The notes under the pieces were generated by a model, which ran no database searches, was not told the origin of the DNA, and saw only the letters and a program-made list of their open reading frames with translations. 64,000 bases of DNA from an uncultured Sterolibacterium sp. Its GTDB lineage: Bacteria > Pseudomonadota > Gammaproteobacteria > Burkholderiales > Rhodocyclaceae. The stretch is from positions 29,850 to 93,849 of the forward strand of contig CAIYYX010000246.1 of the NCBI GenBank assembly GCA_903930535.1, written 5' to 3'. Position numbers and translations under genes: made by a program. Below, piece after piece: positions 45,503 to 53,068 of the stretch. Position 1 is the first letter of the stretch. Each line of letters starts with the position of its first letter.

Positions 45503-47785
45503 ATGCTTCCATCCATAGAACAGCGCATCGCCGCTGAAATCGGCGCCCGCGAAATGCAGGTTGCCGCCGCCGTGGCGCTGCTCGACGAGGGCGCCACCGT
45601 GCCCTTCATCTCCCGCTACCGCAAGGAGGCCACTGACGGCCTGGACGACACCCAACTGCGCCTGCTGGAAGAGCGCCTGGCCTACCTGCGCGAACTGGAG
45701 GACAGAAGAATCGCGGTGACCTCTTCCATCGCCGAACAGGGCAAGCTCACCCCCGAACTCGAAGCGGCGATCGGCAACGCCGAGAGCAAGCAGCGCCTGG
45801 AGGATCTTTATCTACCCTACAAGCAGAAGCGCAGGACGAAGGCCCAGATAGCCCGCGAGGCCGGCCTTGAACCTTTGGCCGACGCCCTGCTTTCCGATCC
45901 GCTGCTTGACCCGGAGATCGAGGCAGCAGGCTATGTCGATGCAGAGAAAGGCGTGACCGACGTCAAGGCTGCCCTGGACGGCGCGCGCCAGATCCTGATG
46001 GAGCGCTTCAGCGAGGACGCTGCACTGATTGGTCGTCTGCGCGAGGAATTGCAGACCAAGGGCGTGCTGGTGGCAACCGTCGTTGCCGGTCAGGAGGAAG
46101 CCGGCGCGAAATTCCGCGACTACTTTTCCTATTCGGAAGCGCTGAAGAATATTCCCTCGCACCGCGCGCTGGCGCTCTTCCGCGGCAGGAAAGAGGACGT
46201 GCTGCGGCTCGCCCTGAAAATGCCCGAGGAACTGCAAGAGCCGGCACAGACCAGCCCCTGCCAGATCAAGGTCGCCAGTCACTGCGGCGTGAAGGACGCG
46301 AACCGCCCTGCCGACCGCTGGCTCATGGAGACGGCGCGCTGGGCGTGGATGGTGAAGATCTCCCTGCACCTCGAACTGGACCTCCTGGGCGGCTTGCGTG
46401 AGCGCGCCGAGGAAGAGGCGATCCGCGTCTTCGCCAGGAATCTGCACGATCTTCTGCTGGCCGCACCGGCCGGCCCGCATGCCACCCTGGGACTCGATCC
46501 GGGGCTGCGCACCGGGGTCAAGGTGGCGGTGGTCGATGCCACCGGAAAAGTACTGGATACCTCTACAATCTTCCCGCACGAGCCGCGCCGCGACTGGGCG
46601 GGCTCTATCAGCACGCTGGCAGCGCTGGCCAGGAAGCATGGCGTCGATCTCATCAGCATCGGCAATGGCACCGCCTCGCGTGAGACAGACAGGCTCGCCG
46701 CCGAACTGATCGGTCTTCTGCCCGAACTCAGGATGAAGAAAATCGTCGTCTCGGAGGCGGGCGCCTCCGTCTATTCGGCTTCCGAACTCGCGGCGAAGGA
46801 ATTTCCTGAACTCGACGTCACCCTGCGCGGCGCGGTCTCCATCGCCCGCCGATTGCAGGACCCGCTGGCCGAACTGGTGAAGATCGACCCCAAGTCCATC
46901 GGTGTCGGCCAGTACCAGCACGATGTCTCTCAGACCCGGCTGATGAAAAGTCTGGACGCCGTGGTCGAGGACTGCGTCAATGCCGTCGGCGTCGACGTGA
47001 ATACCGCATCGGTGCCGCTGCTCTCGCGCATTTCCGGCCTGTCAGCGACGCTGGCCGCCAACATCGTCGCCCACCGCGACGCCAACGGCCCCTTCCTCTC
47101 CCGCAACGCCTTGAAGAAAGTGCCGCGCCTGGGTGAGAAGGCCTTCGAGCAGGCTGCCGGATTCCTGCGCGTATCAATGGGAGACAACCCGCTTGACGCC
47201 TCCAGCGTGCACCCCGAGGCCTATCCCGTGGTTTCCCGCATCCTCGAAGACATCAAGAAGCGCATCGGCGAGGTGATCGGTGATGGCAAACTGCTCAAGG
47301 CTCTCGATGCGAAGAAATACACCGACGAGAAATTCGGCCTGCCCACAGTGGAGGACATCCTCAGGGAACTCGAGAAACCCGGCCGCGATCCGCGCCCCGA
47401 GTTCAAAAGCGCCAGCTTTCGCGAGGGCGTGGAAAGCATCAAGGATCTCACCCCAGGCATGCTGCTCGAAGGCGTCATCACCAACGTCGCCAACTTCGGC
47501 GCCTTCGTAGACATCGGCGTGCACCAGGACGGCCTGGTGCATATCTCGGCGCTCTCAGACCGCTACGTCAAGGATCCGCACGAGGTCGTGAAGGCCGGCG
47601 ACGTGGTGCACGTCAAGGTGCTGGAAGTTGACGAGAAGAGGAAGCGTATCGCGCTCACCATGCGCTTAAAGGACGCAGTGCCGGGAGATAAAAAACCGGC
47701 CCCGGCTGCAACCCCCGCCAGGACGCAAAAGGAAGTTGCACCTGCCGGCGCGATGGCGGACGCATTCGCCAAACTCAAGCGCTAG
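45503..47785 (+). CDS. tex: Transcription accessory protein Tex (S1 domain)
   Basis: [41 protein letters not shown]..., with a C-terminal S1 domain [21 protein letters not shown]. 760 aa. Confidence 0.95.
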   Translation: MLPSIEQRIAAEIGAREMQVAAAVALLDEGATVPFISRYRKEATDGLDDTQLRLLEERLAYLRELEDRRIAVTSSIAEQGKLTPELEAAIGNAESKQRLEDLYLPYKQKRRTKAQIAREAGLEPLADALLSDPLLDPEIEAAGYVDAEKGVTDVKAALDGARQILMERFSEDAALIGRLREELQTKGVLVATVVAGQEEAGAKFRDYFSYSEALKNIPSHRALALFRGRKEDVLRLALKMPEELQEPAQTSPCQIKVASHCGVKDANRPADRWLMETARWAWMVKISLHLELDLLGGLRERAEEEAIRVFARNLHDLLLAAPAGPHATLGLDPGLRTGVKVAVVDATGKVLDTSTIFPHEPRRDWAGSISTLAALARKHGVDLISIGNGTASRETDRLAAELIGLLPELRMKKIVVSEAGASVYSASELAAKEFPELDVTLRGAVSIARRLQDPLAELVKIDPKSIGVGQYQHDVSQTRLMKSLDAVVEDCVNAVGVDVNTASVPLLSRISGLSATLAANIVAHRDANGPFLSRNALKKVPRLGEKAFEQAAGFLRVSMGDNPLDASSVHPEAYPVVSRILEDIKKRIGEVIGDGKLLKALDAKKYTDEKFGLPTVEDILRELEKPGRDPRPEFKSASFREGVESIKDLTPGMLLEGVITNVANFGAFVDIGVHQDGLVHISALSDRYVKDPHEVVKAGDVVHVKVLEVDEKRKRIALTMRLKDAVPGDKKPAPAATPARTQKEVAPAGAMADAFAKLKR

Positions 47786-47981
47786 CAGCGTGAATAAGCT
47801 CGTCATGGCTCTGATCCCCGCGGGCTTCGCTCTTGGCAGCAAAAAGCTGGCGCAGATAGGCTTTGAGCCGCTCCTGCAGAAGATGCCGCTCAACCGTTAC
47901 AACCCGCAGTGCGCCAAGAAGTGTGTCACGCTCGGCAAGGAGCGCGTTGTACTCTTCCGTCGTGATCGTTCTGGTTGGCAT
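47775..47981 (-). pseudogene. Truncated IS66 transposase TnpC (N-terminal ~60 residues only)
   Basis: MPTRTITTEEYNALLAERDTLLGALRVVTVERHLLQERLKAYLRQLFAAKSE... matches the leucine-zipper-like N-terminus and the LFGxKSE motif of IS66 TnpC. The frame then ends inside the tex 3' end, whereas full TnpC proteins are ~500 aa. Confidence 0.75.
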
Positions 47982-48013
47982 CGTGGGATTAGACCAGCGA
48001 CGCTAAACCTCGT

Positions 48014-48364
48014 TCACCCTACTCGCAAATAATTTCGATCAGGGTGGGTGCGCATCGCCGACAGGTCAATTCCTTCAAGCAACCAGTGCAGTTGTTCGAC
48101 CGTCAGCTCGGCCACGGCCGCCTCCTTGGGCCAGACGAAGCGGTCGGCTTCCAGCCGCTTCATCAATAGCCAGAAGCCTGTACGGTCCCAGAGTAAAAGC
48201 CTCACCCGGTTGCGCCGCCGGTTGCTGAAGACGAAGACCGCAGGTGCAAAGGGATTCAGACCCAGCGCCTGCTCGACCAGCGTGGCCAAACCGTTGATGT
48301 TCTTCCGGCCATCCACCGCTTCCCGGTGAAGGAAGACCTTTAGTCCTTCGTCGAGCCGGAACAT
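48014..48364 (-). CDS. tnpB: IS66-family Orf2 (TnpB)
   Basis: 116 aa: MFRLDEGLKVFLHREAVDGRKNINGLATLVEQALGLNPFAPAVFVFSNRRRNRVRLLLWDRTGFWLLMKRLE, the classic IS66 Orf2. Confidence 0.9.
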   Translation of the reverse strand: MFRLDEGLKVFLHREAVDGRKNINGLATLVEQALGLNPFAPAVFVFSNRRRNRVRLLLWDRTGFWLLMKRLEADRFVWPKEAAVAELTVEQLHWLLEGIDLSAMRTHPDRNYLRVG

Positions 48365-48618
48365 GGCGCCGTCAGCGCCACCTCCCCGGGGACTTGCACC
48401 GCCACCGGATATCGCGCTACTTGCTGATATCCGGTGATCCAGGTCCGCAGTAGATTCGCATTAAGGCCGTGCTTTATCGCCATCCCGGCAACCGATATGC
48501 CAGTCCGCAAACAGCTTTCGATCAGTTCCCGCTTGGCGTCCTTGTCGTAGCAGCGACGACCATCTCTCTTGCACCCAACGACCAAGGGCCTCGATAACTC
48601 TGGGTCTTTCTCTGTCAT
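48340..48618 (-). CDS. tnpA: IS66-family Orf1 (TnpA, HTH)
   Basis: 92 aa: ...RRCYDKDAKRELIESCLRTGISVAGMAIKHGLNANLLRTWI. Overlaps tnpB by 25 nt. Confidence 0.85.
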   Translation of the reverse strand: MTEKDPELSRPLVVGCKRDGRRCYDKDAKRELIESCLRTGISVAGMAIKHGLNANLLRTWITGYQQVARYPVAVQVPGEVALTAPCSGSTKD

Positions 48619-48684
48619 AGGTGTCCACGTTGATTTACGTGGACACGATCATCACCGACTTGGCAACTCAGTGCCAGACGTGGT

Positions 48685-48846
48685 TCATTGATCGCTTACG
48701 TTGTAAGCAATGATATATGCAGCATTGGACAAAGTGATTTGCCCTGCTGAAATTAGCCCAGTCCAATATGTAGAACCACCAGCATCAGCGTTACGCGCAA
48801 ACAAATATTGATAGACTTGGATGAGCTTGTCGGCAACAAATTCGCT
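48685..48846 (-). pseudogene. DUF4214-like domain fragment interrupted by the IS66 end
   Basis: SEFVADKLIQVYQYLFARNADAGGSTYWTGLISAGQITLSNAAYIIAYN fits the remembered DUF4214 pattern (lY..lLgR.aD..G..yW...l.sG). The reading frame runs into the IS terminal GTAAGCG and stops. The local DNA is AT-rich. Confidence 0.45.
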
Positions 48847-48997
48847 GCAAGAATTCCCATGAAGCTGGTTCATTCCATTGCAGCAGCAATATTCGCCTTG
48901 ATGGGCTTGCTGACGCTGTTTCGCGTAGAGGAAATGTTCGAGTAGGAACTGCAAACTTCGATATGAAACCCGAACTGCTGTAAACTGCCGGACACTC

Positions 48998-51061
48998 ATG
49001 AGCAAAGCCAAGACAGCATCAAGCCGCGTTGCCGTACCGCTGCGCACCCCGCTTTTCCGCGGCGAGCGGCGCTTGCGCATCGCCCTGGTGGGGCTGCCGG
49101 GTGCCGGCAAGACGACCCTGTTCGACGCCGTGTCGAGCACGGCTCCGCATACCGCGAAGCTGAGCGGTACGCATCGCGTCTATAGCGAGTGCACGGTGCG
49201 GATCGGTTTTGATGAAGCCAGCGTGGTCGATCTGCCGAGTATTCCTTCCCTGCAGCATCTGCTGGGCGATGACCTGTCCACCTTGAAATACCTGTTGTGG
49301 GGCGACGACAGGCCGCCCGTCTCGGTGCACGAACAATCCGGCCCTCCCGCGCCCCTTGCCCCAGCCGATCTGATTATCCAGGTGGTCGACGCCAGCAATC
49401 TGCAAAGCCATCTCGAATTGACGCTGGAGCTGAGCCAGCTAGGCCGGCCCATCGTGCTGGCGCTGAATCACATGGACGAGGCCTTGGAAAAGGGTCTTTA
49501 CATCAATATCAAGTCCCTGGAAAAACTCCTGGGCATGCCGGTCATACCGACAGTAGCGCTGATGGGGCAGGGCATCTCCCAGCTTTTCAGCGCCGCGGTG
49601 AATGCCGCCCGCGAGGAGATCTGTCCCTTGCCGCAGCCGCCCAGCCGGCACATTGTCGACAGCCTGCAGCCGCTTTCCGCAGCCATGAACCGACCCGAGA
49701 TACACGCGGCGTTTCGCATGCCGCATCCCTTGATGCTGATGCAGTTTGCTGCCAATGACCGCTTTGTCGAGGACGAGATGGGGCAGCATTTCCCGCGACT
49801 GCTGGCCGAGTTCCATACCCTGCGGCAAGCGGCCGGGCTCAAGCTGCCGCGGCCACTGGCCGATGAACTGCATGCCGATCGCCACCATCGCGCAGCGACG
49901 CTGGTCGAGGCCGCGATGCGCATGGGATCGTTGTCGCGCGGGCGCGGCTGGCGCTACTGGCTTGACGAGTTGTTCCTGCATCCGCAGTGGGGTCTGGTCG
50001 GCAGCCTTGCCGTTTTCGCCGCGGTATTGTTCGTGGTCTTCGAGATCAGCGGCTGGATCGACGCGATGACCACGGCGCGTCTGACCGAGGCATTCGCCCA
50101 CTGGCAACCCCTATCCACGAGTGGCGTGGTGGCGCGTGCCGTGCTCGATGGCCTCATCGGTCTTGTCGGCATCGTGGTCCCTTACATGATCCCGCTGGTC
50201 ATGCTGCTGGTGACCCTGGAAGAGGCGGGGCTGATGCACCGCATCGCCTTTGTCGTCGACCGCAGCTTTCACCGCATCGGCCTGCATGGCGGCGTCGCCG
50301 TCCCTTTCTTGCTCGGCCTCGGCTGCAACGTGCCGGCCATCTCGGGCGCGGCCAGGGCCACCAGCGGCCGCGAGCGGGTGATCGCTTCGGTGCTGATCAC
50401 CTTTGTACCCTGTTCGGCGCGCTCCGCTATGATCCTGGCCATTGCCGGCAAGTATCTTGGCGCCGCGGGCGTATTCGGCATTTTTTTCCTGACGCTGATC
50501 CTCATCGCCGTCATGGGCCGTCTGCTGTCGCGCGGCAACCGCGAGCTCGGGCCCGGCCAGGTGCAGGAGATTCCTCCCTACGCAATGCCGACGTGGCGAG
50601 TCCTCCTCACCGAGACCTGGGAACGTACCAGCGACATTCTCACCATCGTGACCCCTCTCCTGGTCGGCGGCAGCGTCGTCCTGGCGCTGCTCAATCACAT
50701 CGGCGCAGACAGTCTGATCAACAGCCTGCTGATGCCGGTGAGCGTCTGGTGGCTGGGCCTACCATTGTCGCTGGGCGTGCCGCTGCTGTTTGGCGTGCTG
50801 CGCAAGGAATTGTCGCTGCTGATGATCTACCAGGCGCTCGGTACCCAGGAAATCGGCAACCTGCTCGATTCGGTACAGATCGTGACTCTGCTGCTGTTTC
50901 TCACCTTCTACATTCCCTGCGTCTCCACCTTTGCCGTCATGCTCAAGACCGTCGGGCGCAGGGACGCATTGTTCTCGGTGTCGGTCTCCGTCGGCGTGGC
51001 GCTGCTGGTCGCCGGTACCGCCCGGTTGGTCTTGCACGCAGCGCAATTGTTTACCGGCTGA
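48998..51061 (+). CDS. feoB: Ferrous iron transporter FeoB (atypical G domain)
   Basis: G1 is GLPGAGKTT, G4 is NHMD, VVDASNL is present, and a polytopic C-terminal gate/nucleoside-recognition membrane domain follows. 687 aa. No feoA is adjacent. Confidence 0.85.
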   Translation: MSKAKTASSRVAVPLRTPLFRGERRLRIALVGLPGAGKTTLFDAVSSTAPHTAKLSGTHRVYSECTVRIGFDEASVVDLPSIPSLQHLLGDDLSTLKYLLWGDDRPPVSVHEQSGPPAPLAPADLIIQVVDASNLQSHLELTLELSQLGRPIVLALNHMDEALEKGLYINIKSLEKLLGMPVIPTVALMGQGISQLFSAAVNAAREEICPLPQPPSRHIVDSLQPLSAAMNRPEIHAAFRMPHPLMLMQFAANDRFVEDEMGQHFPRLLAEFHTLRQAAGLKLPRPLADELHADRHHRAATLVEAAMRMGSLSRGRGWRYWLDELFLHPQWGLVGSLAVFAAVLFVVFEISGWIDAMTTARLTEAFAHWQPLSTSGVVARAVLDGLIGLVGIVVPYMIPLVMLLVTLEEAGLMHRIAFVVDRSFHRIGLHGGVAVPFLLGLGCNVPAISGAARATSGRERVIASVLITFVPCSARSAMILAIAGKYLGAAGVFGIFFLTLILIAVMGRLLSRGNRELGPGQVQEIPPYAMPTWRVLLTETWERTSDILTIVTPLLVGGSVVLALLNHIGADSLINSLLMPVSVWWLGLPLSLGVPLLFGVLRKELSLLMIYQALGTQEIGNLLDSVQIVTLLLFLTFYIPCVSTFAVMLKTVGRRDALFSVSVSVGVALLVAGTARLVLHAAQLFTG

Positions 51062-51093
51062 TTCTGAGGACTTCAGAAACGCAGTTTTCCCTG

Positions 51094-51486
51094 ATGCATT
51101 TCAAATTATCCTGGGCGCTGAATTCATATTGCTACATCAGTTTCCTGCGCATGATCAATACCGGGAGCAGTGCCACAGCTGTCAGGGTCGCGGTGATCGA
51201 TGGTGCCACCGGCGTGGTGGGTTCTTCGGCCATATTGAATGCCGCACTACCCCCAGGCACTGCCATCACCTATACCGGGCAGCAGATTGAAGCGGCTCTC
51301 GGCGTCACTCTCCCGGCAGCGGCCCGGCCGCTCAAATCGCATTCCGTCGTCATCGTCAATGACCGGAACCGCTGCACTGCCGACGCTGGCGAGATATATT
51401 TGAGAGGCGGCAACGAGAGTGTGAGCTCGATTATTTCGGGAGCTGACGCTCAAATCGGAAGCGTGTATTCCCGCTTCATCAAGTAG
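51094..51486 (+). CDS. Orphan hypothetical protein (start uncertain; alternative ATG at MINTGSS)
   Basis: This is the tail of the spurious 499-aa track ORF once it clears feoB. Third-position GC is clearly enriched in this frame (hand tally ~70%), but it uses several codons that are rare here (ATA, AGA, CTA). No SD and no recognisable motif. Confidence 0.4.
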   Translation: MHFKLSWALNSYCYISFLRMINTGSSATAVRVAVIDGATGVVGSSAILNAALPPGTAITYTGQQIEAALGVTLPAAARPLKSHSVVIVNDRNRCTADAGEIYLRGGNESVSSIISGADAQIGSVYSRFIK

Positions 51487-51632
51487 CCAGCGACAGCTAT
51501 GGCCGAACTGCGGGCCGAGCTTCAACGGGGCTGAAGGTATCCTTCGGTAGGTGATGCCTGTCGTTCAGGGAAGAAGTTTTAAACTTACTCTGTGTCGCTT
51601 GCTGCCTGGCAGTTGCCAGCCGTTGCGCTCTC

Positions 51633-52376
51633 TTACTGTCCCTGAGATGCCTTCTTCTGCACGAGGCAGAATGCCAGGGCATTTTCATGCTCCGCCGTGG
51701 ATGCAGGAGCACCGCCGAGAAAGTGCCGGCGGAAGGCCTTTCGTGAAGCTTCTGGCGTGGCGGGGTCGTAGCCTATCGCCGCGAGCGCCAGCGTCAGGTC
51801 GAAACCGGCCGGGGCTGGCGACATGGGAGCGTCGCACCACAAGCCGAAGCCGCGTTCGGCCAGCCTTTGCCATGGAAACAGGGTACTCGGATCATCTTTG
51901 CGCGTCGGGGCGACGTCGCCATGACCGATGAAATTTGCCGCGGGAATGCCGTAGCGCTGACGGATGTCCGCCAGCAGGGCGAGGAGTGCAACGATCTGTG
52001 CGTCGGCAAAGGGCTCGGCTCCGTCGTTGTCGAGTTCGATGCCAAGCGACGCGGAATTGATGTCGGTTTGCCCACCCCACCAGGATAGGCCGGCATGCCA
52101 GGCGCGTGCGGTTTCTTCAACGAGTTGGACGATGCTGCCGTCCCTGCCGATCAGATAATGGGCGCTCACCTTGCGCCCGGGGGAGCTTAGCGTGCTCAGG
52201 GCCTCCTCAAGCGTCCTGTCGCTGGTGTGGTGAACAATCACCAGATTCGGCCGGCGCAGGTCAAAGTTGGGCGAGGCATAGCGGCTGACCGTCAGCGTCG
52301 TGCGCGGCTGCAGCGGCCCGCAGGCGGCGAGCAGCGCAGCCAGAACGCCGGCAAGGAGAGGGGATGGCAGTTTCAC
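51633..52376 (-). CDS. amiD: N-acetylmuramoyl-L-alanine amidase, AmiD/AmpD (amidase_2) type lipoprotein
   Basis: The GTG at 52376 gives (M)KLPSPLLAGVLAALLAACG with a lipobox, then VIVHHTS...SAHYLIGRDG...RAWHAG...NSASLGIELDN...HGDVAPTRKDDP. The track start at 52442 is TTG. Confidence 0.85.
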   Translation of the reverse strand: MKLPSPLLAGVLAALLAACGPLQPRTTLTVSRYASPNFDLRRPNLVIVHHTSDRTLEEALSTLSSPGRKVSAHYLIGRDGSIVQLVEETARAWHAGLSWWGGQTDINSASLGIELDNDGAEPFADAQIVALLALLADIRQRYGIPAANFIGHGDVAPTRKDDPSTLFPWQRLAERGFGLWCDAPMSPAPAGFDLTLALAAIGYDPATPEASRKAFRRHFLGGAPASTAEHENALAFCLVQKKASQGQ

Positions 52377-52567
52377 GGCGGGGCAGCTTGCGCGACATGG
52401 AGGGAAAATGGCATTGTCGCCGCGAACCTGCCGGACACGCAATCAACGCCATCCGGTCTTGTTGCCAAAGGTTTCCCGGATTGCCGAAATTTTCGATTTT
52501 TCACCCCCCTGAATTTCCAAACTCCGGTTAGTATTTGTCTGCTGACGACCCTCCATCGAAAGGATGA

Positions 52568-53068
52568 ATGATGTCTGTGACCCTCAACGTCAATGGTGTC
52601 CTGCGCACGGTTCCTGCTGCGCCCGACACGCCCCTGCTCTACGTTCTGCGTAATGATCTGGAGTTGAATGCGGCCAAGTTCGGTTGCGGCCTGGCACAGT
52701 GCGGCGCCTGCACCGTCTTGCTCGATGGCCAGCCGATCCGCTCCTGCGTGACGCCGGCGTCGTCGGCAGTGGGACACAAGATCACTACCGTCGAAGGCCT
52801 GGGCACCTTGACCGCCATGAGCGTTCTCCAGCAGGCCTTTGTCGACGAGCAGGCGGCGCAGTGCGGCTACTGCGTGGCAGGCGTCATGATGACGGCCAAG
52901 GCGCTGCTCGACAAGAAACGCACGCCCAACGACGCAGAAGTACGTACCGCCCTCGCGGGCCATCTGTGCCGCTGCGGCACCCACAATCGCATCGTGCGCG
53001 CCATCGTGAAAGCGGGGCAGACGCTGGCCAAATCGGCCTCACTCGAGGCTCAGGAGGTGCAATCATGA
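52568..53068 (+). CDS. [2Fe-2S] small subunit of an IorAB / aldehyde-oxidase-type molybdenum hydroxylase
   Basis: GCGLAQCGACTV...C and QCGYCVAGVMM...LCRCGTH, the two 2Fe-2S motifs. 166 aa. Confidence 0.9.
   Translation: MMSVTLNVNGVLRTVPAAPDTPLLYVLRNDLELNAAKFGCGLAQCGACTVLLDGQPIRSCVTPASSAVGHKITTVEGLGTLTAMSVLQQAFVDEQAAQCGYCVAGVMMTAKALLDKKRTPNDAEVRTALAGHLCRCGTHNRIVRAIVKAGQTLAKSASLEAQEVQS

Larger units (their letters stand above)
47786..48699 (-). mobile_element. IS66-family insertion sequence remnant (left end, tnpA, tnpB, 5' stub of tnpC)
   Basis: Canonical tnpA-tnpB-tnpC order on the minus strand. A GTAAGCG terminus (revcomp of cgcttac at 48693-48699) lies ~80 nt upstream of tnpA, as in IS66-family IRs. 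Most of tnpC and the right IR are absent. Confidence 0.8.

Noticed and set aside
48014-48364. Idea that the IS 'TnpB' could be an RNA-guided nuclease (OMEGA/Cas12 ancestor) with an adjacent guide RNA
   Set aside because: IS66 Orf2 'TnpB' (116 aa) is unrelated to the ~400-aa RuvC-containing TnpB of IS200/IS605/IS607. No RuvC motifs and no omega-RNA-like structured 3' region are present.
48700-48998. A hidden feoA upstream of feoB
   Set aside because: No plus-strand ORF of ~70-85 codons with the SH3-like FeoA pattern exists in this interval. Only the 28-codon hydrophobic mini-ORF was found, and it is reported separately as speculative.
49987-51486. 499-aa plus-strand ORF overlapping the feoB 3' half in another frame
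   Set aside because: The overlapped part is Arg/Pro/Gly-rich off-frame read-through of feoB. Only the portion downstream of the feoB stop (51094-51486) was kept, as a low-confidence orphan CDS.
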